From: Eledone cirrhosa
Lineage: Eukaryota
Assembly (NCBI GenBank): GCA_964016885.1
Contig: OZ024764.1
Location: 26,536,001-26,600,000, forward strand
Direction of reading: 5' to 3'
Length of the DNA stretch: 64,000 bases
Positions within the stretch are counted from its first letter, which is position 1. Every line of letters begins with the position of its first letter. The position numbers and the translations under genes are program-made. A model generated the notes under the pieces. The model did not search any database. It saw nothing but the letters and a program-made list of their open reading frames with translations, and was not told the DNA's origin. This document shows positions 11,908 to 26,900 of this stretch, in pieces.

Positions 11908-12414
11908 GCCCGGAAGCAGTTGATTTCACAGAAACATCTGCAATTAAAACTACATTTATTTCACTTCATTTGGTGTTACCACCCGGCAGAGGCCCGTATA
12001 GCTTTCATATTCAGGGTCAAACATATCACTACACCCCCATCTCTGTAACCTGCAGAAAATACACCACAATATGGCCAGTTATATATTATTGATGGGAACG
12101 AAGGTGTGTAGCACAGATTGGAAGTACGACCAAATAATTGTTTCTGGCACAAGGCCAGCAATCACTGGTACTTTATTCTATCGACCTCATAAGGATGAAA
12201 ACAAAGTCAACCTTGGAGGGATTTGAACCCAGAACGTAAATGGCCATAACCCTATGCTGTAAAGCATGGTGTCTGGCGCTCTACCGATACTGCCAATCCA
12301 CTGCCCTAGTACCAACAAATAATGACTGCTCACCACAAAAAATGGCTATAATAAGAGAGGTGTTGCATGAATGTAATTCATATGTCGAAGTGTACAATAC
12401 AATGCATGGCATCA
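11670..12414 (+). pseudogene. Helitron 5' part (copy 2), interrupted at 12415
   Basis: CDHCGALKF..CC.KGKV.LP and GRGPYSFHIQGQTYH; internal SINE at ~12139-12307. Confidence 0.85.
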
Positions 12415-12979
12415 CAAATGAATATATATATATATATATATATATACTACTAAAGTGTATGTAAAATTTTAAAATAAATACTTAAATTCAATTTGTATAA
12501 TTACACATACAATATGTTTTGTTGTAAAACCCTAAATAATGATTTAAGAAATGATGTCAATCTCTTTGTACAGAGAAAAACAATTTATATATATGCATTG
12601 TGTGCGCGTGTATACTCCATTTAAGACATTGAAAAACCTAGTACCTCCTTCAAAGAATGCCAAATAGTTTATGCCTAAGGTGTAACACTAATTAAGTTAC
12701 CGGTGTAGATATTTCAGTTGAACCCTGCTTCAAACATGCATATTATTATTATATATTTTCAAACACACTTACATACATTATATTTATACACATAGAAATA
12801 ATAAGTTAAAACTAAAGTATAATGATATAACAACAGTATATAATAGTTTTCTTCACTTTATTGAAATGCAATCGTTTTAAAGAAAAAACATGACAGTATA
12901 AGAAATATTTAATATGATAACATAATATTTCAGGTAGGATGGTGGTTTCTCTATGATGGTGGTTTCTCTTTGAACTAAT

Positions 12980-13124
12980 AATTGTTTCTATTTTAGGCAC
13001 AAGGTCAGTAATTAACCAGTACATTACTAGTACTTTATTTTATCGACCCCGTAAGGATGAAAGGCAAAGTTGACCTCGGATCGTAAAGGGACGTAACTAT
13101 GCTGGAAAGCATGGCGTCAGACCC
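12980..13124 (-). mobile_element. tRNA-SINE, truncated by the GA array (fuller copy at ~56640-56810)
   Basis: TACTTTATTTTATCGACCCCGTAAGGATGAAAGGCAAAGTTGACCTCGG core. Confidence 0.75.
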
Positions 13125-16100
13125 GAGAGACAGAGAGAGCGAGATGACACGAGACAGAGAGCGAGATGAAATGAGAGAGAGAGAGAGAGAGATGAAACGA
13201 GAGAGAGAGTGCGAGATGAAACGAGAGTGAGAGAGCGAGATGAAACGAGAGAGTGAGAGCGAGATGAAATGAGAGAGAGAGAGAACGAGATGAAATGAGA
13301 GAGAGAGAGAGCGAGATGAAATGAGACATAGAGAGATGAAACGAGAGAGAGATGAAACGAGAAAGAGAGGAAACGAGAGAGAGGAAACGTGAGTAGAGAG
13401 CGAGATGAAACAGGAGAGAGAGAGCGAGATGAAACGAGAGGGAGAGAGAGATGAAACGAGAGAGCGAGAGAGAGATAGAGGGAAATGAAACGACAGAGAG
13501 AGAGACAGATGAAACGAGGGATATAGAGATGAAACGAGAGAGAGAGATGAAACGAGAGAGAGGAAGAGAGAGATAGAACGAGAGAGAGGAAGAGAGAGAT
13601 GAAACGAGAGAGAAGAAGACAGAGGTGAAACGAGAGAGAGAGAGAGCGAGATGAAACGAGAGAGAGAGCGAGATGAAACGAGAGAGAGGAAGAGAGAGAG
13701 CGAGAGATGAAACTCTGTCATGGACATATCTGACCCTGGGGCTAATAATTGTCATGTAATGTTATGGACATCTCTGCCCCTGTGGCTAATAATTCTGTCA
13801 TGTAATGTTATGGACATCTCTGCCCCTGTGGCTAATAATTCTGTCATGTAATGTTATGGAAATCTCTGCCCCTGTGGCTAATAATTCTGACATGTAATGT
13901 TATGGAATCTCTGCCCCTGTGGCTAATAAATCTGTCATTTAATGTTACGGACATCTCTGCCACTGTGGCTAATAAATCTGTCATGTAATGTTATGGACAT
14001 CTGTGCCCCTGTGGCTAATAATTCTGACATGTAATGTTATGGACATCTCTGCCCCTGTAGCTAATAATTCTGACATGTAATGTTATGGACATCTCTGCCC
14101 CTGTGGCTAATAAATTCGTCATGTAATGTTATGGACATCTCTGCCCCTGTGGCTAATAAATCTGTCATGTAATGTTATGGACATCTCTGCCCCTGTGGCT
14201 AATAATTCTGACATGTAATGTTATGGACATCTCTGCCCCTGTGGCTAATAATTCTGACATGTAATGTTATGGACATCTCTGCCCCTGTGGCTAATAATTC
14301 TGAGAGAGATGAAACAAGTGAGGGATTAGAGAGAGATGAAACAAGTGAGGGATTAGAGTGTTGAAACAAGAGAGAGAGAGGAAGAGAGAGTGAGAGCGAG
14401 ATGAAACGAGAGAGAGAGAGAGAGCGAGATGAAATGAGAGAGAGAGAGCGAGATGAAATGAGAGAGAGAGAGCGAGATGAAACGAGACAGAGAGAGCGGG
14501 ATGAAACGTGACAGAGAGAGCAAGAGCGAGATGAAACGAGACAGAGAGAGCGAGATGAAACGAGAGAGAGAGAGCGAGATGAAATGAGAGAGAGAGAGCG
14601 AGATGAAATGAGAGAGAGAGAGCGAGATGAAACGAGAGAGTGAGAGCGAGATGGAACGAGACAGAGAGAGCGAGATGAAACGAGAGTAGGAGAGCTAGAT
14701 GAAACGAGAGAGAGAGGAAACGAGAGATACGAAACGAGAGAGAGGAAACGAGAGTAGAGAGCGAGATGAAACAGGAGAGAGAGAGCGAGATGAAACAGGA
14801 GAGAGAAAGCGAGATGAAACGAGAGGGAGAGAGAGATGAAACGAGAGAGCGAGAGAGAGATAGAGGGAGATGAAACGACAGAGAGAGAGACAGATGAAAC
14901 GAGGGAGATAGAGATGAAACGAGAGAGAGAGATGAAACGAGAGAGAGGAAGAGAGAGATGGAACGAGAGAGAGGAAGAGAGAGATGGAACGAGAGAGAGG
15001 AAGACAGAGATGAAACGAGAGAGAGAGAGAGCAAGATGAAACGAGAGAGAGGAAGAGAGAGATGGAACGAGAGAGAGGAAGAGAGAGATGGAACGAGCGA
15101 GAGGAAGACAGAGATGAAACGAGACAGAGAGAGATCGAGATGAAACGAGAGAGAGGAAGAGAGAGAGCGCAAGATGAAACGAGAGAGAGAGAGAGAACGA
15201 GATGAAACGAGAGAGAGGAAGAGAGAGAGCGCGAGATGAAACGAGAGAGAGGAAGAGAGAGAGCGCGAGATGAAGTGAGAGAGAGAGAGCGAGATGAAAT
15301 GAGAGATTGAGAGTGAGATGAAACGAGAGAGTGAGAGAGAGCGAGATGAAATGAGAGAGAGAGAGCGAGATGAAATGAGAGAGAGAGAGAGAGATGAAAT
15401 GAGAGAGAGAGAGCGAGATGAAACGAGACAGAGAGAGCGGGATGAAACGAGACAGAGAGATCGAGATGAAATGAGAGAGAGAGAGCGAGATGAAATGAGA
15501 GAGAGAGAGCGAGATGAAACGAGAGAGTGAGAGCGAGATGGAACGAGTCAGAGAGAGCGAGATGAAACGAGAGAGTGAGAGCTAGATGAAACGAGAGAGA
15601 GAGGAAACGAGAGAGAGAGGAAACTAGAGAGAGGAAACAAGAGAGAGGAAACGAGAGTAGAGAGCAAGATGAAACAGGAGAGAGAGAGAGCGAGATGAAA
15701 CCGGAGAGAGAGAGCGAGATGAAACGAGAGGGAGGGAGAGATGAAACGAGAGAGCGAGAGAGAGATAGAGGGAGATGAAACGAGAGAGTGATAGCTAGAT
15801 GAAACGAGAGAGAGAGGAATAGAGAGATGGAACGAGAGAGAGGAAGACAGATATGAAACGAGAGAGAGAGAGAGCGAGATGAAACGAGAGAGAGGAAGAG
15901 AGAGAGCGCGAGATGAAACGAGAGAGAGAGAGCGAGATGAAACGAGAGAGAGAGAGCGAGATGAAACGAGAGAGAGAGAGCGAGATGAAACGAGAGAGAG
16001 GAAGAGAGAGAGCGCGAGATGAAAGTCTGTCATGTAATGTTATGGACATATCTGCCCTTGGGGCTAATAATTGTCATGTAATGTTATGGACATATCTACC

Positions 16101-19100
16101 CTTGGGGCTAATAATTGTCATGTAATGTTATGTACATCTCTGCCCCTGTGGCAAATAATTCTGTCATGTAATGTTATGGACATCTCTGTCCCTGTGGCTA
16201 ATAATTATGTCATGTAATGTTATGGACATCTCTGCCCCTGTGGCTAATAATTCTGTCATGTAATGTTATGGACATCTCTGCCCCTGTGGCTAATAAATTT
16301 GTCATGTAATGTTATAGACATCTCTGCCCCTGTGGCTAATAATTCTGACATGTAATGTTATGGATATCTCTGCCCCTGTGGCTAATAATTCTGAGAGAGA
16401 TGAAACAAGTGAGGGATAAGAGAGAGATGAAACAAGTGAGGGATTAGAGTGTTGAAACAAGAGAGAGAGAGGAAGAGAGAGTGAGAGCGAGATCAAACGA
16501 GAGAGAGAGAGAGAGCGAGATGAAATGAGAGAGAGAGAGCGAGATGAAATGAGAGAGAGAGAGCGAGATGAAACGAGACAGAGAGAGCGGGATGAAACGT
16601 GACAGAGAGAGCAAGAGCGAGATGAAACGAGACAGAGAGAGCGAGATGAAACGAGAGAGAGAGAGCGAGATGAAATGAGAGAGAGAGAGCGAGATGAAAT
16701 GAGAGAGAGAGAGAGCGAGATGAAACGAGAGAGTGAGAGCGAGATGGAACGAGACAGAGAGAGCGAGATGAAACGAGAGTAGGAGAGCTAGATGAAACGA
16801 GAGAGAGAGGAAACGAGAGATACGAAACGAGAGAGAGGAAACGAGAGTAGAGAGCGAGATGAAACAGGAGAGAGAGAGCGAGATGAAACAGGAGAGAGAA
16901 AGCGAGATGAAACGAGAGGGAGAGAGAGATGAAACGAGAGAGCGAGAGAGAGATAGTGGGAGATGAAACGACAGAGAGAGAGACAGATGAAACGAGGGAG
17001 ATAGAGATGAAACGAGAGAGAGAGATGAAACGAGAGAGAGGAAGAGAGAGATGGAACGAGAGAGAGGAAGAGAGAGATGGAACGAGAGAGAGGAAGACAG
17101 AGATGAAACGAGAGAGAGAGAGAGCAAGATGAAACGAGAGAGAGGAAGAGAGAGATGGAACGAGAGAGAGGAAGAGAGAGATGGAACGAGCGAGAGGAGG
17201 ACAGAGATGAAACGAGACAGAGAGAGATCGAGATGAAACGAGAGAGAGGAAGAGAGAGAGCGCAAGATGAAACGAGAGAGAGAGAGCGAGATGAAACGAG
17301 AGAGAGGAAGAGAGAGAGCGCGAGATGAAACGAGAGAGAGGAAGAGAGAGAGCGCGAGATGAAGTGAGAGAGAGAGAGCGAGATGAAATGAGAGATGCAG
17401 AGTGAGATGAAACGAGAGAGTGAGAGAGAGCGAGATGAAATGAGAGAGAGAGAGCGAGATGAAATGAGAGAGAGAGAGCGAGATGAAATGAGGGAGAGAG
17501 AGCGAGATGAAACGAGACAGAGAGAGCGGGATGAAACGAGACAGAGAGATCGAGATGAAATGAGAGAGAGAGAGCGAGATGAAATGAGAGAGAGAGAGCG
17601 AGATGAAACGAGAGAGTGAGAGCGAGATGGAACGAGTCAGAGAGAGCGAGATGAAACGAGAGAGTGAGAGCTAGATGAAACGAGAGAGAGAGGAAACGAG
17701 AGAGAGAGGAAACTAGAGAGAGGAAACAAGAGAGAGGAAACGAGAGTAGAGAGCAAGATGAAACAGGAGAGAGAGAGAGCGAGATGAAACCGGAGAGAGA
17801 GAGCGAGATGAAACGAGAGGGAGGGAGAGATGAAACGAGAGAGCGAGAGAGAGATAGAGGGAGATGAAACGAGAGAGTGATAGCTAGATGAAACGAGAGA
17901 GAGAGGAATAGAGAGATGGAACGAGAGAGAGGAAGACAGATATGAAACGAGAGAGAGAGCGAGATGAAACGAGAGAGAGGAAGAGAGAGAGCGCGAGATG
18001 AAACGAGAGAGAGAGAGCGAGATGAAACGAGAGAGAGAGAGCGAGATGAAACGAGAGAGAGAGAGCGAGATGAAACGAGAGAGAGGAAGAGAGAGAGCGC
18101 GAGATGAAAGTCTGTCATGTAATGTTATGGACATATCTGCCCTTGGGGCTAATAATTGTCATGTAATGTTATGGACATATCTACCCTTGGGGCTAATAAT
18201 TGTCATGTAATGTTATGTACATCTCTGCCCCTGTGGCAAATAATTCTGTCATGTAACGTTATGGACATCTCTGTCCCTGTGGCTAATAATTATGTCATGT
18301 AATGTTATGGACATCTCTGCCCCTGTGGCTAATAATTCTGTCATGTAATGTTATGGACATCTCTGCCCCTGTGGCTAATAAATTTGTCATGTAATGTTAT
18401 GGACATCTCTGCCCCTGTGGCTAATAAATCTGTCATGTAATGTTATGGACATCTCTGCCCCTGTGGCTAATAATTCTGACATGTAATGTTATGGATATCT
18501 CTGCCCCTGTGGCTAATAATTCTGAGAGAGATGAAACAAGTGAGGGATAAGAGAGAGATGAAACAAGTGAGGGATTAGAGTGTTGAAACAAGAGAGAGAG
18601 AGGAAGAGAGAGTGAGAGCGAGATCAAACGAGAGAGAGAGAGCGAGATGAAATGAGAGAGTGAGAGCGAGATGAAACGAGAGAGAGAGAGCGAGATGAAA
18701 TGAGAGAGAGAGAGCGAGATGAAATGAGAGAGAGAGAGCGAGATGAAACGAGACAGAGAGAGCGAGGTGAAACGAGAGAGAGAGAGAGCGAAATGAAACG
18801 AGACAGATTAGAGCGAGATGAAACGAGAGAGAGAGAGCGAGATGAAATGAGAGAGAGAGAGCGAGATGAAACGAGAGAGTGAGAGCTAGAGGAAACGATA
18901 GAGAGAGGAAACGAGAGAGAGAGGAAACGAGAGAGAGGATACGAGAGAGAGGAAACGAGAGTAGAGAGCGAGATGAAACAGGAGAGAGAGAGCGAGATGA
19001 AACAGGAGAGAGAGAGCGAGATGAAACGAGAGGGAGAGAGAGATGAAACGAGAGAGCGAGAGAGAGATAGAGGGAGATGAAACGACAGAGAGAGAGACAG

Positions 19101-22100
19101 ATGAAACAAGTGAGGGATAAGAGAGAGATGAAACAAGTGAGGGATTAGAGTGTTGAAACAAGAGAGAGAGAGGAAGAGAGAGTGAGAGCGAGATCAAACG
19201 AGAGAGAGAGAGCGAGATGAAATGAGAGAGTGAGAGCGAGATGAAACGAGAGAGAGAGAGCGAGATGAAATGAGAGAGCGAGAGCGAGATGAAATGAGAG
19301 AGAGAGAGCGAGATGAAACGAGACAGAGAGAGCGAGATGAAACGAGAGAGAGAGAGAGCGAAATGAAACGAGACAGATTAGAGCGAGATGAAACGAGAGA
19401 GAGAGAGCGAGATGAAATGAGAGAGAGAGAGCGAGATGAAACGAGAGAGTGAGAGCTAGAGGAAACGAGAGAGAGAGGAAACGAGAGTAGAGAGCGAGAT
19501 GAAACAGGAGAGAGAGAGCGAGATGAAACAGGAGAGAGAGAGCGAGATGAAACAGGAGAGAGAGAGCGAGATGAAACAGGAGAGAGAGAGCGAGATGAAA
19601 CGAGAGGGAGAGAGAGATGAAACGAGAGAGCGAGAGAGAGATAGAGGGAGATGAAACGACAGAGAGAGAGACAGATGAAACGAGGGAGATAGAGATGAAA
19701 CGAGAGAGAGAGATGAAACGAGAGAGAGGAAGAGAGAGATGGAACGAGAGAGAGGAAGAGAGAGATGGAACGAGAGAGAGGAAGACAGAGATGAAACGAG
19801 AGAGAGAGAGAGCGAGATGAAACGAGAGAGAGGAAGAGAGAGAACGCGAGATGAAACGAGAGCGAGAGAGAGCAAGATGAAACGAGAGAGAGGAAGAGAG
19901 AGAGCGCAAGATGAAACGAGAGAGAGAGAGAGCGAGATGAAAGTCTGTCATGTAATGTTATGGACACATCTGCCCTTGGGGCTAATAATTGTCATGTAAT
20001 GTTATGGAAATCTCTGCCCCTGTGGCTAATAATTCTGTCATGTAATGTTATGGACATCTCTGCCACTGTGGCTAATAATTATGTCATGTAATGTTATGGA
20101 CATCTCTGCCCCTGTGGCTAATAAATCTGTCATGTAATGTTATGGACATCTCTGCCCCTGTGGCTAATAATTCTGACATGTAATGTTATGGACATCTCTG
20201 CCCCTGTGGCTAATAAATATGACATGTAATGTTATGGACATCTCTGCCCCTGTGGCTAATAAATCTGTCATGTAATGTTATGGACATCTCTGCCCCTGTG
20301 GCTAATAATTCTGACATGTAATGTTATGGACATCTCTGCCCCTGTGGCTAATAATTCTGAGATAGATGAAACAAGTGAGGGATTAGATAGAGATGAAACA
20401 AGTGAGGGATTAGAGTGTTGAAACAAGAGAGAGAGAGGAAGAGAGAGTGAAAGCGAAATCAAACGAGAGAGAGCGAGATGAAATGAGAGAGTGAGAGCGA
20501 GATGAAACGAGAGAGAGAGAGAGAGCGAGATGAAATGAGAGAGAGAGAGCGAGATGAAATGAGAGAGAGAGAGCGAGATGAAACGAGACAGAGAGAGCGG
20601 GATGAAACGAGACAGAGAGAGCGAGAGCGAGATGAAACGAGACAGAGAGAGCGAGATGAAACGAGAGAGAGAGAGCGAGATGAAATGAGAGAGAGAGAGC
20701 GAGATGAAATGAGAGAGAGAGAGCGAGATGAAACGAGAGAGTGAGAGCGAGATGGAACGAGACAGAGAGAGCGAGATGAAACGAGAGTGGGAGAGCTAGA
20801 TGAAACGAGAGAGAGAGGAAACGAGAGAGACGAAACGAGAGAGAGGAAACGAGAGTAGAGAGCGAGATGAAACAGGAGAGAGAGAGCGAGATGAAACAGG
20901 AGAGAGAGAGCGAGATGAAACGAGAGGGAGAGAGAGATGAAACGAGAGAGCGAGAGAGAGATAGAGGGAGATGAAACGACAGAGAGAGATACAGATGAAA
21001 CGAGGGAGATAGAGATGAAACGAGAGAGAGAGATGAAACGAGAGAGAGGAAGAGAGAGATGGAACGAGAGAGAGGAAGAGAGAGATGGAACGAGAGAGAG
21101 GAAGACAGAGATGAAACGAGAGAGAGAGAGAGCAAGATGAAACGAGAGAGAGAGATGTAACGAGAGAGAGGAAGAGAGAGATGGAACGAGAGAGAGGAAG
21201 AGAGAGATGGAACGAGCGAGAGGAAGACAGAGATGAAACGAGACAGAGAGAGATCGAGATGAAACGAGAGAGAGGAAGAGAGAGAGCGCAAGATGAAACG
21301 AGAGAGAGAGAGAGAGCAAGATGAAACGAGAGAGAGGAAGAGAGAGAGCGCGAGATGAAACGAGAGAGAGGAAGAGAGAGAGCGCGAGATGAAATGAGAG
21401 AGAGAGAGCAAGATGAAATGAGAGATTGAGAGTGAGATGAAACGAGAGAGTGAGAGAGAGCGAGATGAAATGAGAGAGAGAGAGCGAGATGAAATGAGAG
21501 AGAGAGAGCGAGATGAAACGAGACAGAGAGAGCGGGATGAAACGAGACAGAGAGATCGAGATGAAATGAGAGAGAGAGAGCGAGATGAAATGAGAGAGAG
21601 AGAGCGAGATGAAACGAGAGAGTGAGAGCGAGATGGAACGAGTCAGAGAGAGCGAGATGAAACGAGAGAGTGAGAGCTAGATGAAACGAGAGAGAGAGGA
21701 AACGAGAGAGAGAGGAAACGAGAGAGAGGAAACGAGAGAGAGGAAACGAGAGTAGAGAGCAAGATGAAACAGGAGAGAGAGAGAGCGAGATGAAACTGGA
21801 GAGAGAGAGCGAGATGAAACGAGTGGGAGGGAGAGATGAAACGAGAGAGCGAGAGAGAGATAGAGGGAGATGAAACGAGAGAGTGATAGCTAGATGAAAC
21901 GAGAGAGAGAGGAATAGAGAGATGGAACGAGAGAGAGGAAGACAGATATGAAACGAGAGAGAGAGAGCGAGATGAAACGAGAGAGAGGAAGAGAGAGAGA
22001 GCGAGATGAAACGAGAGAGAGAGCGAGATGAAACGAGAGAGAGAGAGAGCGAGATGAAACGAGAGAGAGGAAGAGAGAGAGCGCGAGATGAAAGTCTGTC

Positions 22101-23898
22101 ATGTAATGTTATGGACATATCTGCCCCTGGGGCTAATAATTGTCATGTAATGTTATGGACATATCTGCCCTTGGGGCTAATAATTGTCATGTAATGTTAT
22201 GTACATCTCTGCCCCTGTGGCAAATAATTCTGTCATGTAATGTTATGGACATCTCTGTCCCTGTGGCTAATAATTATGTCATGTAATGTTATGGACATCT
22301 CTGCCCCTGTGGCTAATAATTCTGTCATGTAATGTTATGGACATCTCTGCCCCTGTGGCTAATAAATTCGTCATGTAATGTTATGGACATCTCTGCCCCT
22401 GTGGCTAATAAATCTGTCATGTAATGTTATGGACATCTCTGCCCCTGTGGCTAATAATTCTGACATGTAATGTTATGGATATCTCTGCCCCTGTGGCTAA
22501 TAATTCTGAGAGAGATGAAACAAGTGAGGGATAAGAGAGAGATGAAACAAGTGAGGGATTAGAGTGTTGAAACAAGAGAGAGAGAGGAAGAGAGAGTGAG
22601 AGCGAGATCAAACGAGAGAGAGAGAGCGAGATGAAATGAGAGAGTGAGAGCGAGATGAAACGAGAGAGAGAGAGCGAGATGAAATGAGAGAGAGAGAGCG
22701 AGATGAAATGAGAGAGAGAGAGCGAGATGAAACGAGACAGAGAGAGCGAGATGAAACGAGAGAGAGAGAGAGCGAAATGAAACGAGACAGATTAGAGCGA
22801 GATGAAACGAGAGAGAGAGAGCGAGATGAAATGAGAGAGAGAGAGCGAGATGAAACGAGAGAGTGAGAGCTAGAGGAAACGAGAGCTAGAGGAAACGAGA
22901 GAGAGAGGAAACGAGAGAGAGGATACGAGAGAGAGGAAACGAGAGTAGAGAGCGAGATGAAACAGGAGAGAGAGAGCGAGATGAAACAGGAGAGAGAGAG
23001 CGAGATGAAACGAGAGGGAGAGAGAGATGAAACGAGAGAGCGAGAGAGAGATAGAGGGAGATGAAACGACAGAGAGAGAGACAGATGAAACGAGGGAGAT
23101 AGAGATGAAACGAGAGAGAGAGATGAAACGAGAGAGAGGAAGAGAGAGATGGAACGAGAGAGAGGAAGAGAGAGATGGAACGAGAGAGAGGAAGACAGAG
23201 ATGAAACGAGAGAGAGAGAGAGCGAGATGAAACGAGAGAGAGGAAGAGAGAGAACGCAAGATGAAACGAGAGAGAGAGCAAGATGAAACGAGAGAGAGGA
23301 AGAGAGAGAGCGCAAGATGAAACGAGAGAGAGAGAGCGCGAGATGAAAGTCTGTCATGTAATGTTATGGACATATCTGCCCTTGGGGCTAATAATTGTCA
23401 TGTAATGTTATGGAAATCTCTGCCCCTGTGGCTAATAATTCTGTCATGTAATGTTATGGACATCTCTGCCCCTGTGGCTAATAATTCTGTCATGTAATGT
23501 TATGAACATCTCTGCCCCTGTGGCTAATAAATCTGTCATGTAATGTTATGGACATCTCTGCCCCTGTGGCTAATAATTCTGACATGTAATGTTATGGACA
23601 TCTCTGCCCCTGTGGCTAATAAATATTACATGTAATGTTATGGACATCTCTGCCCCTGTGGCTAATAAATCTGTCATGTAATGTTATGGACATCTCTGCC
23701 CCTGTGGCTAATAATTCTGACATGTAATGTTATGGACATCTCTGCCCCTGTGGCTAATAAATCTGTCATGTAATGTTATGGACATCTCTGCCCCTGTGGC
23801 TAATAATTCTGACATGTAATGTTATGGACATCTCTGCCCCTGTGGCTAATAATTCTGACATGTAATGTTATGGACATCTCTGCCCCTGTGGCTAATAA
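13125..23898 (+). repeat. Left arm of composite satellite: 6 modules of GA-rich (GAGATGAAAC..) block + 46-bp minisatellite
   Basis: GA blocks begin at ~13125, 14300, 16391, 18521, 20357, 22507 and end at ~13712, 16024, 18109, 19942, 22093, 23349, with fixed junction sequences. Confidence 0.95.
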
Positions 23899-23905
23899 TT
23901 CTGAT

Positions 23906-26900
23906 TTATTAGCCACAGGGGCAGAGATGTCCATAACATTACATGTCAGAATTATTAGCCACAGGGGCAGAGATGTCCATAACATTACATGACAGAATTA
24001 TTAGCCACAGGGGCAGAGATGACCATAACATTACATGACAATTATTAGCCACAGGGTCAGATATGTCAATAACATTACATGACAGAGTTTCATCTTGCGC
24101 GCTCTCTCTCTCGTTTCATCTCGCTCTCCCTCTCTCTCGTTTCATCTCTGTCTTCCTCTCTCTCGTTTCATCTCGCTCTCTCTCTCTCTCGTTTCATCTC
24201 TGTCTTCCTCTCTCTCGTTCCATCTCTCACTTCCTCTCTCTCGTTCCATCTCTCTCTTCCTCTCTCTCGTTTCATCTCTATCTCCCTTCTTTCATCTGTC
24301 TCTCTCTCTGTCGTTTCATCTCGCGCTCTCTCTCTCTCTCGTTTCATCTTGCGCTCTCTCTCTCTCTCGTTTCGTCTTGCTCTCTCTCTCTCTCGTTTCA
24401 TCTCTGTCTTCCTCTCTCTCGTTCCATCTCTCTCTTCCTCTCTCTCGTTCCATCTCTCTCATCCTCTCTCTCGTTTCATCTCTATCTCCCTTCTTTCATC
24501 TGTCTCTCTCTCTGTCGTTTCATCTCGCGCTCTCTCTCTCTCTCGTTTCATCTTGCGCTCTCTCTCTCTCTCGTTTCGTCTTGCTCTCTCTCTCTCTCGT
24601 TTCATCTCTGTCTTCCTCTCTCTCGTTCCATCTCTCTCTTCCTCTCTCTCGTTCCATCTCTCTCATCCTCTCTCTCGTTTCATCTCTATCTCCCTCCTTT
24701 CATCTGTCTCTCTCTCTGTCGTTTCATCTCGCGCTCTCTCTCTCTCGTTTCATCTTGCGCTCTCTCTCTCTCGTTTCATCTCGCTCTCTCTCTCGTTTCA
24801 TCTCTGTCTTCCTCTCTCTCGTTCCATCTCTCTCTTCCTCTCTCTCGTTCCATCTCTCTCTTCCTCTCTCTCGTTTCATCTCTATCTCCCTTCTTTCATC
24901 TGTCTCGCTCTCTGTAGTTTCATCTCGCGCTCTCTCTCTCTCGTTTCATGTCGCGCTCTCTCTCTCTCGTTTCATCTCGCTCTCTCTCTCTTGTTTCATC
25001 TCTGTCTTCCTCTCTCTCGTGCCATCTCTCTCTTCCTCTCTCTCGTTCCATCTCTCTCTTCCTCTCTCTCGTTTCATCTCTATCTCCCTTGTTTCATCTC
25101 TCTCTCGCTCTCTCGTTTCATCTCTCTCTCCCTCTCGTTTCATCTCGCTCTCTCTCTCCTGTTTCATCTCACTCTCTCTCTCTCGTTTCATCTCTGTCTT
25201 CCTCTCTCTCGTTCCATCTCTGTCTTCCTCTCTCTCGTTCCATCTCTCTCTTCCTCTCCCTCGTTTCATCTCTCTCTCGCTCTCTCGTTTCATCTCTCTC
25301 TCCCTCTCATTTCATCTCGCTCTCTCTCTCCTGTTTCATCTCGCTCTCTACTCTCGTTTCCTCTCTCTCTCTCGTTTCATCTCTCTCTCCCTCCCGTTTC
25401 ATCTCGCTCTCTCTCTCTCATTTCATCTCGCTCTCTCTCTCTCGTTTCATCTCGCTCTCCCTCTCTCGTTTCATCCCGCTCTCACTCTCTCATTTCTTCT
25501 CGCTCTCTCTCTCTTGTTTCAACACTCTAATCCCTCACTTGTTTACTATCTCTCAGAATTATTAGCCACAGGGACAGAGATGACCATAACATTACATGTC
25601 AGAATTATTAGCCACAAGGGCAGAGATGTCCATAACATTACATGACAGAATTATTAGCCACAGGGGCAGAGATGACCATAACATTACATGAAAATTATTA
25701 GCCACAGGGGCAGATATGTCAATAACATTACATGACAGAGTTTCATCTCGCGCTCTCTCTCTCTCGTTTCATCTTGCACTCTCTCTCTCTCTCGTTTCAT
25801 CTTGCTCTCTCTCTCGTTTCATCTCTGTCTTCCTCTCTCTCGTTCCATCTCTCTCTTCCTCTCCCTCGTTCCATCTCTCTCATCCTCTCTCTCGTTTCAT
25901 CTCTATCTCCCTCCTTTCATCTGTCTCTCTCTCTGTCGTTTCATCTCGCGCTCTCTCTCTCTCGTTTCATCTCGCGCTCTCTCTGTCTCGTTTCATCTCG
26001 CTCTCTCTCGTTTCATCTCTGTCTTCCTCTCTCTCGTTCCATCTCTCTCTTCCTCTCTCTCATTCCATCTCTCTCTTCCTCTCTCTCGTTTCATCTCTAT
26101 CTCCCTCGTTTCATCTCTCTCTCGCTCTCTCGTTTCATCTCTCTCTCCCGCTCGTTTCTTCTCGCTCTCTCTCTCCTGTTTCATCTCGCTCTCTACTCTC
26201 GTTTCCTCTCTCTCTCGTTTCATCTCTGTCTCGTTTCATCTCGCTCTCTCTCTTTCTCGTTTGATCTCGCTCTCACTCTCTCGTTTCATCTCGCTTCTCT
26301 CACTCTCTTGTTTCATCTCGCTCTCTCTCTCTCTTCCTCTCTCTCTCTTGTTTCAACACTCTAATCCCTCACTTGTTTTATCTCTCTCTAATCCCTCACT
26401 TGGTTCATCTCTCTCAGAATTATTAGCCACAGGGGCAGAGATGTCCATAACATTGCATGTCAGAATTATTAGCCACAGGGCAGAGATGTCCATAACATTA
26501 CGTCAGAATTATTAGCCACAGGGGCAGAGATGTCCATAACATTACATGGCAGAATTATTAGCCACAGGGGCAGAGATGTCCATAACATTACATGACAGAA
26601 TTATTAGCCACAGGGGCAGAGATGTCCATAACATTACATGTCAGAATTATTAGCCATAGGGGCAGAGATGTCCATAACATTACATGACAATTATTAGCCC
26701 CAAGGGCAGATATGTCGATAACATTACATGAGAGAGTTTCATCTCGCGCTCTCTCTCTTCCTCTCTCTCGTTTCATCTCTCTCTTCCTCTCTCTCGTTTC
26801 ATCTCTATCTCCCTCCTTTCATCTGTCTCTCTCTCTGTCGTTTCATCTCGCGCTCTCTCTCTCTCGTTTCATCTTGCGCTCTCTCTCTCTCGTTTCATCT

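Noticed and set aside
13713-14300. 46-bp, 55-bp and 89-bp arrays as CRISPR
   Set aside because: Head-to-tail repeats with no unique spacers, no cas genes and a eukaryotic TE context
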